From an uncultured Clostridia bacterium (lineage in GTDB: Bacteria; Bacillota; Clostridia; TANB77; CAG-508): a DNA stretch of 64,000 bases. Position 1 is the first letter of the stretch. Each line of letters starts with the position of its first letter. Location of the stretch: contig CALXND010000001.1 in NCBI GenBank assembly GCA_944389655.1, forward strand, positions 954 to 64,953, in the 5' to 3' direction. Below, piece after piece: positions 60,731-64,000 of the stretch. A program made the translations under genes and the position numbers. A model generated the notes under the pieces. It was not told the origin of the DNA and ran no database searches. It saw nothing but the letters and a program-made list of their open reading frames with translations.

Positions 60731-61537
60731 TTATATTATACATAGTAAAAAATATGCAAAAGGCAAGATAAATATTACACTGTCTATTCTGTCTAGAAGA
60801 CCACCATGCCCTGGTATTAAATTACTATAATCTTTTATACCGCAGTGTCTTTTAACACTTGATGCTGCTAAATCTCCAATTTGGCTAATTATGCTTAAGA
60901 ATACAGCAATTCCAAATGCATATATATAGCTAATTCCTAAATTCCAAATTGCATTTATTGCTAATGTATACGTCATGCAAAAGAATATTGAGCCTAAAAT
61001 TCCTCCTACACATCCTTCCACAGATTTCTTTGGGCTGATTTCTGTAAATTTGTGTTTTCCTAAATTTTTTCCAATAAAATATGCAAAAATATCAGTTCCC
61101 CATGCAGCAAAAAACACATACCAAATTAGTATTCTACCATTGTTTAGGCTGTCTCTAATAAGTGGTGCAAACATTAGAAAAAATACAACATAGCATAATC
61201 CTAATAATGATATTGCAATATCCGTAATATTTCTTTTTAATGATGTTACAACTACTTGTGTAAATAAAGCTAATACATTCATAAGTATTAATAATGTTAT
61301 AGATGGTAAAACATATTCATTTGGAATAAGATGTATACAGCAAATGAGTCCTGCTGTTATGTATCCCGGCCATTGAATTGGATTTGCTTTTTCTCTAAAT
61401 GCTTTATAAAATTCATGCAGGCTCATTATTGCTACAATTGCTATAAATACATCAAATACATATTTATTTCCAAATATTAATATAACTGCAAATATTGGAA
61501 AAAGTGTTAATCCTGATATAATTCTCTTTATGTTCAT
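60731..61537 (-). CDS. cdsA: Phosphatidate cytidylyltransferase (CdsA), 268 aa
   Basis: Polytopic membrane protein with the C-terminal CTP-transferase signature (SxxKRxxGxKDxSxxIPGHGGxxDRxDS). Confidence 0.9.
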   Translation of the reverse strand: MNIKRIISGLTLFPIFAVILIFGNKYVFDVFIAIVAIMSLHEFYKAFREKANPIQWPGYITAGLICCIHLIPNEYVLPSITLLILMNVLALFTQVVVTSLKRNITDIAISLLGLCYVVFFLMFAPLIRDSLNNGRILIWYVFFAAWGTDIFAYFIGKNLGKHKFTEISPKKSVEGCVGGILGSIFFCMTYTLAINAIWNLGISYIYAFGIAVFLSIISQIGDLAASSVKRHCGIKDYSNLIPGHGGLLDRIDSVIFILPFAYFLLCII

Positions 61538-61559
61538 TTTTTATCCCTTTCATGTTGGT

Positions 61560-62282
61560 TTATTTGCCACCAAATTTTCTATTTCTTTTTTCAAATGTAG
61601 AAATCGCTTTCAATAAATCTTCTTCTGTAAAATCTGGCCAATACTTATCTAAAAATAAGAATTCTGTATATGCAAGTTGCCACAATAGAAAGTTACTTAT
61701 TCTTAATTCTCCTCCAGTTCTTATTAGAAGATCTGGATCTGGCTCTCCTTTTGTATATAAATTTTGTGAAACCATTTCTTCGTTTATTTGTTCTATATTT
61801 ATTTCTTCATTTTTGACTGCTTTTGAAATATTTTGTACAGCCCTTACAATTTCACTTCTTCCTCCATAATTAAATGCAATATTTAAAGTAAGCCCTGTAT
61901 TATTTTTTGATTTTTCTACTATTTTTTTTATACTATTTTTTAAGCCACTATCTAGCTCTTCTATGTTTCCTAAAACTCTTATTTTAATATTTCTTAGACT
62001 TTCTCTGTTTAAAAATTTATCTAAATAATTATTAAGAAGAATCATTAATGCTCCAATTTCTTCTCTTGTTCTCTTCCAATTCTCTGTCGAAAATGCATAT
62101 ACTGTTAAATATTTTAGTCTTATTTCATTTGCATATGATGCAATTTTTTCCAAAGTCTCTGCTCCCGCTTTATGGCCAAGTTTTGTTTCAATTTTCTTTT
62201 CTTTTGCCCATCTTCTATTTCCATCCATTATTATACCTATATGTTTAGGCATAAGACTTTTATCTATATCATTTATTGTCAT
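61560..62282 (-). CDS. uppS: Isoprenyl transferase / undecaprenyl diphosphate synthase (UppS), 240 aa
   Basis: HIGIIMDGNRRWA N-terminal motif and the FSTENWKR and RTGGELRISNFLLWQ motifs. Confidence 0.9.
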   Translation of the reverse strand: MTINDIDKSLMPKHIGIIMDGNRRWAKEKKIETKLGHKAGAETLEKIASYANEIRLKYLTVYAFSTENWKRTREEIGALMILLNNYLDKFLNRESLRNIKIRVLGNIEELDSGLKNSIKKIVEKSKNNTGLTLNIAFNYGGRSEIVRAVQNISKAVKNEEINIEQINEEMVSQNLYTKGEPDPDLLIRTGGELRISNFLLWQLAYTEFLFLDKYWPDFTEEDLLKAISTFEKRNRKFGGK

Positions 62283-62326
62283 TTAAATCTCCTTACTTAT
62301 CAATTTGTCTGTTATCTTTATGTCCT

Positions 62327-62875
62327 TTATATACTCATAACTTCCTTTTCTTTTTTCTCTAAAATTTTGCCTACTTCTTCAACATATTTGTCTGTTAATT
62401 TTTGAATATCATCTTCTGCAACTTTTAGCTCATCCTCTGACATTTCAGAGTTTTTTTGCATTGATTTAGCTTCATCTATTGCTTCTCTTCTTATACTTCT
62501 TACTGCAACTTTTGCCTCTTCTGCCATTTTTCTAATATCTTTTACTATCTCTTTCCTTCTTTCTTCATTTAACTCTGGGAAAGTAAGTCTTATTACTTTT
62601 CCGTCATTATTTGGATTAATTCCTATATCTGATTTTAAAATTTCTTTTTCTATTTCTTTTAATACGCTAGCATCCCAAGGTTGAATTACAATCATTCTTG
62701 CTTCTGGAACTGATATACCAGCAACTTGATTAATTGGTGTTTGTGTTCCATAATAATCAATTGAAATTTTATTTAATATTGCTGGATTTGCTCTTCCAGC
62801 TCTTATTTCTGATAAATTTTCCTCATATACACTAATTGTTTTTTTCATTTTTTCTTCAAATTTGTTATAATCCAT
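62327..62875 (-). CDS. frr: Ribosome recycling factor, 182 aa
   Basis: Typical length and conserved blocks (RAGRANP..., IRRDANDE-like region). Confidence 0.95.
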   Translation of the reverse strand: MDYNKFEEKMKKTISVYEENLSEIRAGRANPAILNKISIDYYGTQTPINQVAGISVPEARMIVIQPWDASVLKEIEKEILKSDIGINPNNDGKVIRLTFPELNEERRKEIVKDIRKMAEEAKVAVRSIRREAIDEAKSMQKNSEMSEDELKVAEDDIQKLTDKYVEEVGKILEKKEKEVMSI

Positions 62876-63013
62876 AATTCTATTTGTACAAGCTTTTTTC
62901 TTGTACTCTCCTTTCCTTATTTATATTTAATTCTATTTCATTAATCTTAGGCCTATTTGGCAGTTTCTTATGTTTATTATTTCTGCCAAAGTGGTCTGTT
63001 TCCGATGGCATTA

Positions 63014-63727
63014 TTATTGTATTAAAGTGCCCACTTTTTCGCCTTTTACAATTTTTATAATATTATCTGGCTTTGCAATTTCAAATACTATTAGTTTTAT
63101 ATTATTATCTCTACATAAAGATATTGCAGTAGCATCCATTACCTTTAGGTTACCTGCTAATATATCCGTATAAGATATTTCGTCATATTTTACGGCGTCT
63201 TTATCATTTTTAGGATCTGCTGAATATACTCCATCTATTGTTTTTCCAACTAATATTACTTCTGCATCTATTTCTGCTGCTCTTAATGCTGCTGCTGTGT
63301 CTGTAGTAAAATATGGATTGCCTGTTCCACATCCAAAAATTACTACTCTTCCTTTTTCTAAGTGTCTTACTGCTCTTCTTTTTATATATGGTTCTGCTAT
63401 TTCTCGCATTTCTATCGCTGTTTGAAGCCTAGTAAATACTCCTTTTTCTTCTAATGCATTTTGAAGTGCTAATCCATTCATTGTTGTTGCAAGCATTCCC
63501 ATATAATCTGATGTGGTTCTTTCCATTTTTTTGTTTGCACCTCTCCAAAAATTTCCTCCACCAACAACTACTGCCACTTCTGTTTTCATTTTTACAAGTT
63601 CTTTTATTTGTTCACAAATTTTATCCACTGTTTCTGTGTCAATCCCCATTTTGCTATTTCCTGCTAATGCTTCTCCACTTAGCTTTAGCAAAATTCTCTT
63701 GTATTTGTTTTCTGGCACTTTTAACAC
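63014..63727 (-). CDS. pyrH: UMP kinase, 237 aa
   Basis: [13 protein letters not shown]-terminal motif and the GGGNFWRG and [17 protein letters not shown] motifs. Confidence 0.95.
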   Translation of the reverse strand: MLKVPENKYKRILLKLSGEALAGNSKMGIDTETVDKICEQIKELVKMKTEVAVVVGGGNFWRGANKKMERTTSDYMGMLATTMNGLALQNALEEKGVFTRLQTAIEMREIAEPYIKRRAVRHLEKGRVVIFGCGTGNPYFTTDTAAALRAAEIDAEVILVGKTIDGVYSADPKNDKDAVKYDEISYTDILAGNLKVMDATAISLCRDNNIKLIVFEIAKPDNIIKIVKGEKVGTLIQ

Positions 63728-64000
63728 TCTCCTTACAATTTATTTTAACTGCCATATATTCTATCATAGTTTTGTTGTTTTTGGTATAATTTTATTAAAT
63801 TTTTTTAATTCTTTTGTTACATTCTGTATTCGCTAATATTTTTTTCATTTTGAGAAATAATATAAACTAAGGGAGAATAACTTATGAACCAAATATTAAT
63901 TTGTAAAAATGATAGAAAAAACTATATTAAATATCAAATTTTATTTTTTATATTTGTATTAATTATCTGTGCCTCTATTATATTTTTATTTGTTAATATT

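Overview
The window is a low-GC (~27-28% by eye) Firmicutes/Clostridia-type chromosomal segment with an extreme strand bias: almost every credible gene is on the minus strand. The right end is a conserved housekeeping block, pyrH-frr-uppS-cdsA-rseP-polC followed by ppdK. The rest carries sporulation and stress-related genes (an alpha/beta-type SASP, a RelQ-type small alarmone synthetase, copZ-copA, metK, flavodiiron and flavodoxin proteins, CoA-disulfide reductase), cell-envelope genes (a class A PBP, a monofunctional transglycosylase, sortase B with its anchored substrate, two large FtsX-type ABC systems with an adjacent two-component system, a degenerate GGDEF-EAL protein, patatin) and an accessory segment next to uvrB. 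That segment contains an IS110-family transposase, a diverged 5' fragment of a second uvrB copy, an unusual kinase-like/PRTase-like/HisA-HisF-like fusion protein and a HAD hydrolase with an in-frame amber codon. Non-coding DNA is dominated by three dispersed repeat families: GC-rich perfect palindromes built on TTGCGCAAATGGGGTCAGACCCCATTTGCGCAA, larger nested palindromic elements with a shared core, and a ~190-bp MITE with 27-bp terminal inverted repeats. Other notable points are a cluster of six DnaA boxes between ppdK and polC, three disrupted genes (pbp1A, nnr, HAD hydrolase), a PDZ-less RseP, the absence of dxr and ispG from the conserved cluster, and two RBS-bearing small hydrophobic ORFs. 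All calls rest on reading the translations and the DNA directly; no searches were run.
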